A DNA stretch of 25,111 nt, taken from the IMG/VR virus record IMGVR_UViG_3300047561_000030, positions 1 to 25,111 of that record; one strand, written 5' to 3'. The position numbers and the translations under genes are program-made. Below the pieces are notes generated by a model, which had not been told where the DNA came from, did not search any database, and saw only the letters and a list, made by a program, of their open reading frames with translations. Shown here piece by piece: positions 9,236 through 18,233 of the stretch (position 1 is its first letter; each line of letters opens with the position of its first letter). The stretch comes from a virus (taxonomy: Duplodnaviria; Caudoviricetes).

Positions 9236-10210
9236 TTAAGTTGTCAACAAGCCTTGTAGGAAGCTGTTAGATGTAGTCAAGTTACCAGCCCAACCGTATA
9301 ACTTCACGATTGCATCTTGGTTAATTGATTGACGCTCACCACCGATAGGTACAAAGTTACGCTCTTTGTGTGGGCGTAAGAAAATGTAGTTAGTGTTAAG
9401 CATGTACATGTAAGTAGCTGTTTCTTGTGAACCATAACCACCGCCAAGTACCACATCAGCAGAAGTACCGCCACCGTAGAACTTCAATGAAGCAAAACCA
9501 GCAGCGCCAGATTCTTCAGCAGCAATACGCTGAATAGACTGCAATGCGCCTACATAGTATTGATACATTGTGTTACCAGCAACAATTAAGTCAGCTTTGT
9601 CTGTGCCACGAATCTGCTTGATAGCAGCTTCAGTCATCTTAGCCAAAATGTTTGCAGATGTAGCACCAGTAGTGATTTGGTTCTGCCAGAATGTCCATAC
9701 TGCGCGGTTAATGCCACCGTATGTGCCAGTTGTAGGTGAAACTGCAACAGCAGCGCCTAGGCCATCCAAATTCTTACCGCCATTGCCTGTTCCATTGCCA
9801 TACAAGTCACCAGAAATACGGTTCAACAAGCGAGCTTCAGAAACTTGCATACGACCATCTAGCAAATCAATGATTGCTTCTTTGCTGCTGTTTTGCAACA
9901 TTTCTAAGCCAGACATTGTTACTGCATCAGCGTACTGAGCAATTTTAAATTGTGCGGCAGAAATAGGGCTGTCCGGGGCGATGTTTAAAACTTCGTATCC
10001 TGAATAGCTGTTTGCGTTGTTGGTGGTGCTATCGTCATACATGATTTCTTCCAGGATTACATTACCGCCTGAAAAAGGACGAACATTTCCTTTTTGCTGT
10101 AAGCGCTGAAGGATAGCGTTGTTTTGTGTTAAGTTGTCGGCCAATTCACCGCTACGACTTTGAATAGTGGTAGCGATAATATCGGTAATTGCTGAGTTAG
10201 CGAATGCCAT
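9236..10210 (-). CDS. Major capsid protein (HK97 fold, BPP-1-like), 324 aa
   Basis: Size and position after scaffold; motifs IIATTIQSRSGELADN, LYGNGTGNGGKNLDGL, TYGGINRA-x3-FWQN typical of this capsid family; AAGGA RBS. Confidence 0.9.
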   Translation of the reverse strand: MAFANSAITDIIATTIQSRSGELADNLTQNNAILQRLQQKGNVRPFSGGNVILEEIMYDDSTTNNANSYSGYEVLNIAPDSPISAAQFKIAQYADAVTMSGLEMLQNSSKEAIIDLLDGRMQVSEARLLNRISGDLYGNGTGNGGKNLDGLGAAVAVSPTTGTYGGINRAVWTFWQNQITTGATSANILAKMTEAAIKQIRGTDKADLIVAGNTMYQYYVGALQSIQRIAAEESGAAGFASLKFYGGGTSADVVLGGGYGSQETATYMYMLNTNYIFLRPHKERNFVPIGGERQSINQDAIVKLYGWAGNLTTSNSFLQGLLTT

Positions 10211-10245
10211 GATATATCCTTAAAAAATGTGCCAAAATTGGCTAG

Positions 10246-11313
10246 TTAAACCCGACGGCTCATTGCTTCACCCATTTGTTCTGCAATTAAAGACCGTCTA
10301 TCCTTTTTATCTTCTGGGTTCGCCACCTTGCCACTAGGAGTAGTAGACTTTGGACTTACCGCAGCAGCCTTCGCTTTCTGTACTTGCTGTGCCTTCGTTG
10401 ACGCTTGTTTGGCATCTTTCAAGAGTCTGTCTTGTTCTAATGCCCATACATCGTCATTCATACGCACAGCTTTCTTGTAAGCTGTTTCTAGGTCTTGGGC
10501 TTTCCCTAGCTCAAGTAGTTGAGCCATTTCTTCCCTTACCACATCAAAATGCGGAAACTTCTCTACATCTTGTCGTACTCTTTCAATTTCACTCATTAAG
10601 CGTTGATTTTCCTCTTGGGCAAATCGACCTTTAATGCTTGAAACTTCTTGATTAACCTGGTTTAGTTGGTTCATCAGTTGTTGCGTATAAGGGTCAAATT
10701 GTTGAATTTGACTCTCACCATTTAATTGTATTCCATAATCTGCGGCAAGTCTTTGAAATAATTGCACTTTCTGTTCATACGGTGCATTTGTCAAAATTTG
10801 GTCAGCCCGTGCTAAATTTTGAATGTACTGAGTAGGTTCAATTCCACGCCTTTGTAATTCAGGAGCAAACGGGGCAATAGCCTCTTCATAACCTCTAGCT
10901 CTGTCAGCTTCAGCTTTATAAGTGCTTACACCTTTTTTATATTCAGATTCACGCTGATTAGCGTATTCAGCAAATTTAGTAAAATCTTCTTTGCTAATCT
11001 GTTCTCCAGATTCCATTTTGTCCCAAATTTGGACATATTCTTTTTTCCATGTGCTTGGGCGAGTTACAGGCTTTACTTCTTCTGCTGCTTCCTGCGCTTC
11101 CTCATGCGACTCCTCAGATTCAATAGCTTCAACATTTTCGGCAGGTTCTTCTCTATTTTCCTCGACAACTTCAACTTTAGAGGACTCCTCGGAAATATCG
11201 TCTTTAACCACAGCAATTTCTTTTTCGATTGGTGCTTCAAGGCTTCCATCCTCTGCCGCATCTAAAGCAGCCATTAATTGTTCTCTGCGGTCTAATTGTT
11301 CGTTGTCTGACAT
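10246..11313 (-). CDS. Capsid scaffolding protein
   Basis: Very acidic N-terminus, helical Glu/Gln-rich body, directly upstream of the capsid gene. Start moved from track TTG 11325 to ATG 11313, which has GGAG 7 nt upstream. Confidence 0.8.
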   Translation of the reverse strand: MSDNEQLDRREQLMAALDAAEDGSLEAPIEKEIAVVKDDISEESSKVEVVEENREEPAENVEAIESEESHEEAQEAAEEVKPVTRPSTWKKEYVQIWDKMESGEQISKEDFTKFAEYANQRESEYKKGVSTYKAEADRARGYEEAIAPFAPELQRRGIEPTQYIQNLARADQILTNAPYEQKVQLFQRLAADYGIQLNGESQIQQFDPYTQQLMNQLNQVNQEVSSIKGRFAQEENQRLMSEIERVRQDVEKFPHFDVVREEMAQLLELGKAQDLETAYKKAVRMNDDVWALEQDRLLKDAKQASTKAQQVQKAKAAAVSPKSTTPSGKVANPEDKKDRRSLIAEQMGEAMSRRV

Positions 11314-11334
11314 GGTTTTCTCCAAGTTGTCGGA

Positions 11335-11733
11335 TTATTTATAAGATAGCTTTTGGTAAACTTGTTCCGCAATATCCCTTTTACGGGCTTCTTTGGACTT
11401 TGTAGACATATCAGCTTGTTTGTGTTGCATTGGTACATCATTACCCAACTCAATCATTCGATGTTGTTTAAGGTGACTTCTGTGTTCGCTACGGCTTTTA
11501 ATCCATGAACCATCTACTTGGCTTATGTAACCATCAATATCAGACATGACCATTGGCGCTTCTTTTGGAGTCATATTTAACTTTGCTTGCCACGCTGCTT
11601 CAGCTTCAGGCGTATTAAATGGAATATTCCAATAAGCAAGGTATTTTTCTTTGTCATCATATTGCGTTGCATCATATTCTTCGTGGGTTACTTTGCAATG
11701 GTTACAAGTTACCGTGACTTTTACTAATGCCAT
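11335..11733 (-). CDS. Hypothetical protein with CxxC (possible degenerate zinc ribbon), 132 aa
   Basis: VTCNHCKVTH near the N-terminus; YISQVDGSWIKSRSEHRSHLKQH...ELGND is a motif often seen upstream of scaffold genes; AGGAG RBS; TAATG overlap. Confidence 0.65.
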   Translation of the reverse strand: MALVKVTVTCNHCKVTHEEYDATQYDDKEKYLAYWNIPFNTPEAEAAWQAKLNMTPKEAPMVMSDIDGYISQVDGSWIKSRSEHRSHLKQHRMIELGNDVPMQHKQADMSTKSKEARKRDIAEQVYQKLSYK

Positions 11734-12644
11734 TACATTCTCCTTATTAAATCGGGTATTTTGTGCAAATCTTCTTCTTCAACTGTGACTACAGAGTCAT
11801 ACCAAGTGCCATGTTTCCAACGCCAACACTTAAATTCTTTCTTAGGCATGATTACAATGGTTTTAACACCCAAAGCACCAGCTAAATGGGCTATTCCTGT
11901 GTCTACAGTTACGAGTCCTTTACAGGCTTTTAAGTGGCTTGCAGTCTTATTCCAATCCTTTTGCCAGCCGTCTTTAGGTAATGGATTCCAAAATCTATCT
12001 TCTTCAGGATTGAATGAATAAGCGTCAGGGCCCGCTAATTCAAGCATGGTTTCTGGGCGCATAGTGCGCACATAGTGCAAAAGACCCTTAGATGTAGACC
12101 AATTTACCGCTAGTTTTTTAGGAATATTGCTTGCAATAGCGTCTAAATAGCCTTCTGAACCTACAATTTTAGTTGTGTTGCATGGAAACAACGCTTTTGC
12201 ATAAGCTGAAGCTAAACTAATGTAATAAGGCAAAGAAATAATGCCAATCCAATAGTCTGATTCTGTAGCAATGCCTTCTTCAGGCATATTAGTAAATGTA
12301 TCAATACATTCAATTTGACCAAATAGCGTATGCAATGAACCATGTTGCAGCATCACTACTTTTTTTGCGCCCATTACCTTTAAAAATGGTAAAAATCTAG
12401 CGTATTGAATAATGTCACCAAAGCCTTGTTCTGCTTGAACAGTAATAGTTTTGCCTAATAGGGATTCACCTCTCCATACAGGCATTTTTAATACCTGGTG
12501 GTATGGCTGTGCTTGATTGGCAATGATTTCAGGATGCCAACGATATTCAAAGAGTCTAAATCCAGCGTCTAAACGACCAGCATGGAGGTGTTCGTAGGCT
12601 TTTTTGTATTCCGTGTGCGGATTTAAAGTAAGAGTGCTAATAAT
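11733..12644 (-). CDS. GT-B glycosyltransferase (GT9-like domain of the TPR-associated type); start uncertain
   Basis: Motifs WRGESLLGKTITVQAEQGFGDIIQYARF and VTVDTGIAHLAGALG...WRW. The frame is open 55 codons upstream of the track ATG (12485) to a TGA at 12651-12653 and encodes AYEHLHAGRLDAGFRLFEYRW. End coordinate given is the first in-frame ATT. Confidence 0.8.
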   Translation of the reverse strand: MISTLTLNPHTEYKKAYEHLHAGRLDAGFRLFEYRWHPEIIANQAQPYHQVLKMPVWRGESLLGKTITVQAEQGFGDIIQYARFLPFLKVMGAKKVVMLQHGSLHTLFGQIECIDTFTNMPEEGIATESDYWIGIISLPYYISLASAYAKALFPCNTTKIVGSEGYLDAIASNIPKKLAVNWSTSKGLLHYVRTMRPETMLELAGPDAYSFNPEEDRFWNPLPKDGWQKDWNKTASHLKACKGLVTVDTGIAHLAGALGVKTIVIMPKKEFKCWRWKHGTWYDSVVTVEEEDLHKIPDLIRRM

Positions 12645-13102
12645 GCTTCCTCATCGTCTAATTCTGCTTGCCGTTTTGCTTCTAAGACTGCTAACTCTTG
12701 TTCTAATCTGAGTTTTGCACTTCTCATTGCTACTGCGGTTTGCAGGTCTTGTTGCTGTTTAACAAGATTAGCGATGTATCGGTCAATATTTGCTAGGTTT
12801 GACGGTATATCAACGCTAACTTCTTGATTGGATTGTACTTTATTTTGTTGCGGCTTTGCAACAGGTTTTGGGTCAACTAAATCAGCAATGGTTTTCTTGC
12901 GTAATTCATTGTCAGCTTTAAGTGCTGCAATACGCTTTTCTTCTGCTTTTCTTAATTTCTTTTTAAGTTCTTTAAAATGCTTTAATTCTTCTTTTGTCCA
13001 AGAAGCGTCATCCCCACCCTGTTTAGTTGGTGCAACAGGGGTAATAACAATTTGAAACGCATTATTTTGAAATGCGGTTGGTTGAAAAGCAGTTTGAAAC
13101 AT
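12623..13102 (-). CDS. Hypothetical coiled-coil protein (159 aa)
   Basis: N-terminal repeats FQTAFQPTAFQNNAFQ, Lys/Glu-rich helices, C-terminal DDEEALLALLL; TAATG overlap with the upstream gene. Confidence 0.7.
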   Translation of the reverse strand: MFQTAFQPTAFQNNAFQIVITPVAPTKQGGDDASWTKEELKHFKELKKKLRKAEEKRIAALKADNELRKKTIADLVDPKPVAKPQQNKVQSNQEVSVDIPSNLANIDRYIANLVKQQQDLQTAVAMRSAKLRLEQELAVLEAKRQAELDDEEALLALLL

Positions 13103-13452
13103 TAGGCGGTTACTTCAACCCAAGATGTAGTAGTTTCATCCCATTTAAATGGGCCACCTTCTGTTGGATATGGTGTTGGTGCTGTCCATGTCCAAGTAGG
13201 CGCTGAAATAATCCAGCTTGCATAAGGTTGTGGGGCATAAAACACATCATTTGTATGGTCGTATGTGTAGCCAATACCAGCATAGTTGCCACGCAAAGGT
13301 GTGCCACCGTTTTTGTGTTGACCGCCAATAGTGTTATAGCTAGTTTGAATCCAAGCACCTGGGCTTGAATCAACAAATGTATCAAAAAAATCAGGTTCAG
13401 CAACAATAACTTGCGTTACTTTACCATCTACCACTTTTGCAAAATGTCCCAT
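13102..13452 (-). CDS. Fibre-associated accessory/assembly protein (116 aa)
   Basis: MGHFAKV...WIQTSYN...LRGNYAGIGYTYD...F-x-APQPYASW...WDE-x4-W pattern typical of genes following Gly-rich fibres; GGAG RBS. Confidence 0.65.
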   Translation of the reverse strand: MGHFAKVVDGKVTQVIVAEPDFFDTFVDSSPGAWIQTSYNTIGGQHKNGGTPLRGNYAGIGYTYDHTNDVFYAPQPYASWIISAPTWTWTAPTPYPTEGGPFKWDETTTSWVEVTA

Positions 13453-13464
13453 GTGAATCTCCGT

Positions 13465-15954
13465 TTAAGCTGTGTAACTGCCAGAAGCAGTAAAAGTTAA
13501 GATTGTATTGCTGCCTGAAGTTGTTACTGTTGGAGAACCTGTTGTAGTGCTAGAGTAACTAGCAGTAGGTACGGAAATAATTACTACACCACTTCCACCA
13601 GCACCAGAAATATCAGTAATGTATCCACCAGCGCCTCCACCGCTTCCTGTGTTGACTGTCCCTGCAACACCAGCACCAGTAGAATTTGCATTACCGCCAC
13701 CCCCAGACCCTCCTGAACCATTACTTCCTGAACGGCTATCTCCAGCGCCTCCACCACCGCCAGCGTAGGTTACGCTAGAACCAGTAATAGAAGAAGCTGT
13801 ACCAGCACCACCATTGCCTCCACCGCTACCACTAGCATTTGAACCAACGGCACTAGAACCACCGCCGCCACCGCCATAATAATAAGAACCTGTAGCACCA
13901 GAACCACCTGCATATCCTTGTCCGCTAGTTCCAGCGCCACCAGTATTTGACAGATAACCTCCACCACCGCCTCCAGACCCACCAGGGTTTCCTACGGAAT
14001 TGTAAAAACCACCGCCGCCGCCAGCAATAGCTGTTAGGCTTAAACCTGTAGAATTACTACCATTATTTCCTTGACCACCAGTAACTTTAGAAGCACCACC
14101 TGCGCCAATAACAAAAGAATAAGTTGTGCCAACTGTTAAAGATAAAGTGCCTGACAATAAGCCTCCAGCGCCCCCACCGCCAGCGCCATCAGAACCCCCT
14201 GAACCGCCACCAGCAATTATTAAATAAGAAGCTGTATAAGGAGGGGTTGAAATTGTTACAACTTGCCAAACAGTTCCATTATAAATTTCATATTGGCTTA
14301 AAGTTGTATTCCATCTTGTCATACCAACAACAGGGCTTGCTGGCCTTTGTGCAGTAGTACCTTTGGCAATAGTTAAAGCGCCAGTTGAGGCACTTAAATC
14401 TAGTATGCCATTTGTTGCATCGTATAAAAACCCAGCAGAACCAGCAAAAGCACCAGCATTATTGTATTGAACTTGAGTTGTAGAACCAGCAGGTGTAGCT
14501 GAAATACTTAAATTACCAGACCCAAGAATACTGCTTGAATTAATAGTCTTAATGTTTGTGCCACTTACTAATGTGGCTTGTTTACCATTAAAAGTAGTCC
14601 AATCAGTAGATGTAAGGTAACCATTTACACTTGTTGTAGCAGCAGCCATGCTAATAGCTGGAGTTGCACCACCACTACTAACTACTGGCGCTGTGCCGGT
14701 AACTGAAGTTACTGTTCCTTGTGGGTTAGATGCAGTAGTAATGCTAGTTACTCGACCATAAGTATCAATAGTAACTACAGGAATAAGGCTTGAAGAACCT
14801 GTTGTTCCTGCGGTTGCTACACCACTTGCAAGGTCAATTACAGGGGTTGCGCCACCTGTGCTTGTAATTCTGCCAGTTGTACCGCTTACGCTAGTAACCG
14901 TACCACCGCTTGATGGGCTTGTATTGGTAATAGTAAAGTTAGGGTAAGTACCGCTAGTGCTAATGCCTGTACCAGCAGTCAATACGACTGTTTGGTCTGG
15001 GGCAGTATTAGTTACAGTTATTGTTCCGCTAGCTGTAATTGGGCTACCAGATACGCTAATACCTGTGCCTGCGGTTGCGGCTACGCTTGTAACTGTACCT
15101 ACGCTAATTGAACCGCCAAGACTTGTGCTTGTACCGTTGATGGTAATAGCTGAATTAGTAAGACTTGAATTGCCAATATTGCTTAAAGTATTAGTTGTGC
15201 CTGAAATAGACTTATTAGTTAGGGTATCAGTAGTATCCCTACCTACCAAAGTAGTTGTGGCATCAGGCAAAGTAACTACCCGACCAGCAGTTGCTACGGC
15301 ATCTAACAATGTAATTGTGCTTGCTGTGCTACCTGAACTTCTAAAACGAATACCTTTGTTAAAGTCTGCGCCATCACTAATTGTGACTAATCCTGTGCCT
15401 TTTGGCTGGATATGTAACCCAATGCTGGCACTAGAACCATCGGCATATACATGAAGCGGTACGCCTACACCAATGCCGTTTTTAACTGTTAGGTAATCTG
15501 TAGCTGAAGTAGTTGGTGATAACCCTAATATTTCATTGCCATTGGTGTCATTGATTAAATCAATCTTTGGGCCAGTTAGCGTTTTATTGGTAAGGGTTTG
15601 CGTACCAGTTAGGGTAGCTACGGTGCTATCAATAGATATAGTTCCGCTAGTGGTAATAGGGCCACCAGTTAAACCTGTGCCAGTTGCTACGCTAGTGACT
15701 GTTCCTGTACCACCTGCGGCAGACCAACTTGTATTTGTGCCATCAGTTGATAAAACTTTGCCTGAATTACCTGTTTGTGATGGTAATAAAGCGTTTATTG
15801 CGCCTGTAGCCGTGCTTGCACCTGTACCACCATTAGCTATTGGGACTGTGCCAGTTAATACATGGTCATCATTCCAATCACTAGGGCGAACTAACGATGT
15901 GTCTGCATCGTCAGGTACTGTTGAAACCTTATTATGCTTGACTGTTATAGCCAT
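13465..15954 (-). CDS. Long fibre protein with C-terminal glycine-rich domain (829 aa)
   Basis: Thr/Ser/Gly-rich; VPIANGGTGA, GTVTSV and TLTNK repeats; GTTAQRP...YNGTVW linker; ~250-aa polyglycine domain ending GGSGVVII...TILTFTASGSYTA. Confidence 0.85.
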   Translation of the reverse strand: MAITVKHNKVSTVPDDADTSLVRPSDWNDDHVLTGTVPIANGGTGASTATGAINALLPSQTGNSGKVLSTDGTNTSWSAAGGTGTVTSVATGTGLTGGPITTSGTISIDSTVATLTGTQTLTNKTLTGPKIDLINDTNGNEILGLSPTTSATDYLTVKNGIGVGVPLHVYADGSSASIGLHIQPKGTGLVTISDGADFNKGIRFRSSGSTASTITLLDAVATAGRVVTLPDATTTLVGRDTTDTLTNKSISGTTNTLSNIGNSSLTNSAITINGTSTSLGGSISVGTVTSVAATAGTGISVSGSPITASGTITVTNTAPDQTVVLTAGTGISTSGTYPNFTITNTSPSSGGTVTSVSGTTGRITSTGGATPVIDLASGVATAGTTGSSSLIPVVTIDTYGRVTSITTASNPQGTVTSVTGTAPVVSSGGATPAISMAAATTSVNGYLTSTDWTTFNGKQATLVSGTNIKTINSSSILGSGNLSISATPAGSTTQVQYNNAGAFAGSAGFLYDATNGILDLSASTGALTIAKGTTAQRPASPVVGMTRWNTTLSQYEIYNGTVWQVVTISTPPYTASYLIIAGGGSGGSDGAGGGGAGGLLSGTLSLTVGTTYSFVIGAGGASKVTGGQGNNGSNSTGLSLTAIAGGGGGFYNSVGNPGGSGGGGGGYLSNTGGAGTSGQGYAGGSGATGSYYYGGGGGGSSAVGSNASGSGGGNGGAGTASSITGSSVTYAGGGGGAGDSRSGSNGSGGSGGGGNANSTGAGVAGTVNTGSGGGAGGYITDISGAGGSGVVIISVPTASYSSTTTGSPTVTTSGSNTILTFTASGSYTA
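14701..15705 (-). repeat. Four GTVTSV and two TLTNK peptide repeats in the fibre shaft
   Basis: GTVTSV occurs four times (first copy 15688-15705, last 14701-14718); TQTLTNKTL and TDTLTNKSI. Protein-level repeats with synonymous DNA divergence. Confidence 0.8.
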
Positions 15955-18233
15955 TATTGAACCCCGATAATTTTGCCGTCTTGACCTCTAACAACAGTTT
16001 TTGGTCTGTTATGTTGGGCATTAATTGTATCAACCAAGGCACTAATTGCTTGTGCCATTTGTTCATTTCCTTGACCAATAGCGTTTGCAATAGGTTGCAT
16101 TGGGTGTTCCATAGCGTGTGCCATGCTTTCCTCAGTCATGTAGGCTTGTGCGCCATCAGACTCATCAGCACCAATTCTAGCTACTTCAATCTTTGCACCA
16201 TTATTGATATGGGCCAACAAGACTTGAGTATTGCGTTCAGTCATAGACTTCATCTGCGCTACTTTCATCTGCATTTCCATGTCCATTTGATTGCGCTGTT
16301 CTTCTAACTGGAATTTAAGCTGATTTTCTTGTGCCTGGTACTCTTGTTTAGCCTTTTCCAACTCCATTTGCGCTTGTAGCTTTTGCTGTTCAAGTTGTGA
16401 CTGCATTTGCATTTGCTGCATCTTGGCTTGGCTATCCATTTGGGCTTTTTGCAACTCGATTGGCAATGGTTTAGGTTGACCTTCAGATTGTTGTGCAGAA
16501 ACACGCAACTTATCAGCAGTTTCGTCAATAATTCCCTCTAATTGCTTGCCGGCTTTAAACGCAGTTACACCAAACTTCAGCATCTCTAATGCCATAGGCG
16601 CTAATTCAGGAGTGTTTTGTACCATTGGTACAGCTTGTGCCATAAATCCACCAACAGCTTGCAAGAAAGCCATTCTGTCGGTTTTTTCTTGCTGTTCATC
16701 TTGGTAAATCATTGAATCAGAAGTAACTTCTATGCGGAAGTTCTTACTTGCCTCATCACGCAATAAGGCTAAAGCCTGTGGAATCAACTGTTGGTCTTGT
16801 GGACTTAGTTGCATTGCACCAGAAATCTTAACTATTGTTTCGTCTGTAAAGTGTTGGCAGATAATCTGCGCTTTAATGGACAAAAGGGTGGTTGCAAAGT
16901 CTACGACTGCGTGTTGCTGAGTTTTTAAGCGACCAGCAGCGTTGTTTGACTTAATAATCTGTGCGCCAAGGGTTTCGCTTGGGTCTGTTTGACCTCTTTG
17001 AATGTCAGCAATACCCATTAATTCATAGATTTGACCCTTAACTTGTTCCATTGCCTGGTAGCAAGACATTAATGCGCTTGCGAATGGTGTTAAATCTACT
17101 AGGTCAATAGCACCTTTCATGCCTTGTTTCTCGGCAAATGCCATCCAGTTACTTACCGGAATCATGGTGTTGTTTTCGCCTTCAGAGAATAGGCGTTGTA
17201 GTTCAGAAGCAGAAGCATCGTACACACCACGCACTTTAAGGGCGTTAATCAAGCCATCAATTCTGTCACACAGAACATCTAATTCTCTTGCTTGGTCTTG
17301 GTAGATAACAAAGTCAGGGATTGGTTCTAAACTATCCGTAGTCATGGTAGCGTAGAGTGGCTTTGGACAAGGCCAGAAGTTCTCTAACTGTAGTGGGTCA
17401 TCTCTTTCATCAAGAATCTTGCCTAATGACTTAGAAATCCACAATACTTTGCCTGTTTCTTTGTCCCAAATCTCATAGATTAACGCCTCATATACGCCAT
17501 CGTTTGTCTTATAAGATTGTTTTAAATCATCAGGCTGTGTATCTAAAGGTATTTTGTAACCTAGTTCTTCGCCAAAGCGCTCAACAAGGGCTGGGCGTGA
17601 CATATAAACTTTACGCCATACCGCAGTTACTTCTTCCCAAGTTCTAGCAGTTGTATGGCCAAAATCTTTCCAATGGACATAATCCACAGGTGCGCACTCA
17701 TACTCAATGCGTTCTGGATTTTCATTTTCAATGCCGCCTTCAGTTTCAGCTTCATCAGTATCTTCAGTAACTTGCAAACCATCATCAGGTGTGTCGCCAT
17801 CTGTCATGCCTGATTCTTCGCCAACAATATGAGGCTCGTAACGAACCCATGCTGTACCACGACCACCAAGTAATCGGTCGAGTACAGAATTGTTCATAGC
17901 TGACTTATAGTCACCATAGTGTTCTAATTCAAACTCCAATGCCCTTTCAAGCATCATTGAAGCTACACGGCCTATAGGGTCATTGTCCCTAAATCTACGG
18001 CTAACATCAGGTCTAGGAAGTCTTGCAAAGATAGCTGGCTGAATAGTCTGAACATTGCTCCAGAGTATGTTAAATCGTGCATTAGGATTTCTGTCGTAGC
18101 GGCTATCATCTTTGTATTTCTTTACAATGCGGTCAACTCTGGCTTCCCAACGCTTAAAGCTGCGTTCATAGCCCATGATTGTCTTGTACCAATCTTCGTA
18201 TGTGTGATTGACTGTAGCTTTATTGTTTGCCAT
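15954..18233 (-). CDS. Portal protein (P22-like, long C-terminal Gln/Met-rich barrel)
   Basis: Follows terL; FNILWSNVQTIQPAIFARLP-x-PDV and IYELMGIADIQRG...ETLGAQ motifs; Q/M-rich coiled coil. Start moved from 18275 to ATG 18233, which overlaps the terL stop (TGATG). Confidence 0.9.
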   Translation of the reverse strand: MANNKATVNHTYEDWYKTIMGYERSFKRWEARVDRIVKKYKDDSRYDRNPNARFNILWSNVQTIQPAIFARLPRPDVSRRFRDNDPIGRVASMMLERALEFELEHYGDYKSAMNNSVLDRLLGGRGTAWVRYEPHIVGEESGMTDGDTPDDGLQVTEDTDEAETEGGIENENPERIEYECAPVDYVHWKDFGHTTARTWEEVTAVWRKVYMSRPALVERFGEELGYKIPLDTQPDDLKQSYKTNDGVYEALIYEIWDKETGKVLWISKSLGKILDERDDPLQLENFWPCPKPLYATMTTDSLEPIPDFVIYQDQARELDVLCDRIDGLINALKVRGVYDASASELQRLFSEGENNTMIPVSNWMAFAEKQGMKGAIDLVDLTPFASALMSCYQAMEQVKGQIYELMGIADIQRGQTDPSETLGAQIIKSNNAAGRLKTQQHAVVDFATTLLSIKAQIICQHFTDETIVKISGAMQLSPQDQQLIPQALALLRDEASKNFRIEVTSDSMIYQDEQQEKTDRMAFLQAVGGFMAQAVPMVQNTPELAPMALEMLKFGVTAFKAGKQLEGIIDETADKLRVSAQQSEGQPKPLPIELQKAQMDSQAKMQQMQMQSQLEQQKLQAQMELEKAKQEYQAQENQLKFQLEEQRNQMDMEMQMKVAQMKSMTERNTQVLLAHINNGAKIEVARIGADESDGAQAYMTEESMAHAMEHPMQPIANAIGQGNEQMAQAISALVDTINAQHNRPKTVVRGQDGKIIGVQ

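Noticed and set aside
9570-9938. 122-aa plus-strand ORF inside the capsid gene, and similar ones at 8173, 10350, 10991 and 15957
   Set aside because: Antisense to well-supported genes; no recognisable motifs.
10222-10242. GCCAA-TT-TTGGC hairpin plus T-run before the capsid gene
   Set aside because: Stem too short and separated from the T-run to call a terminator.
12620-12628. prfB-like CTT-TAA +1 frameshift, or TTTAAAT slippery heptamer, at the gene junction
   Set aside because: The +1 frame stops after about 23 codons, and the heptamer is not phased for a -1 shift from the upstream gene. Canonical recoding signals do not explain the junction.
13620-14215. ccaccgcc-type low-complexity repeats as a possible CRISPR, DGR or tandem array
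   Set aside because: Fully explained by polyglycine codons; no constant repeat-spacer period, no adenine-specific template/variable repeat pair and no reverse transcriptase in the window.
14957-15970. Long plus-strand ORFs (165 and 144 aa) opposite the fibre gene
   Set aside because: Val/Pro/Leu-rich antisense shadows of Thr/Gly codons; no independent evidence.
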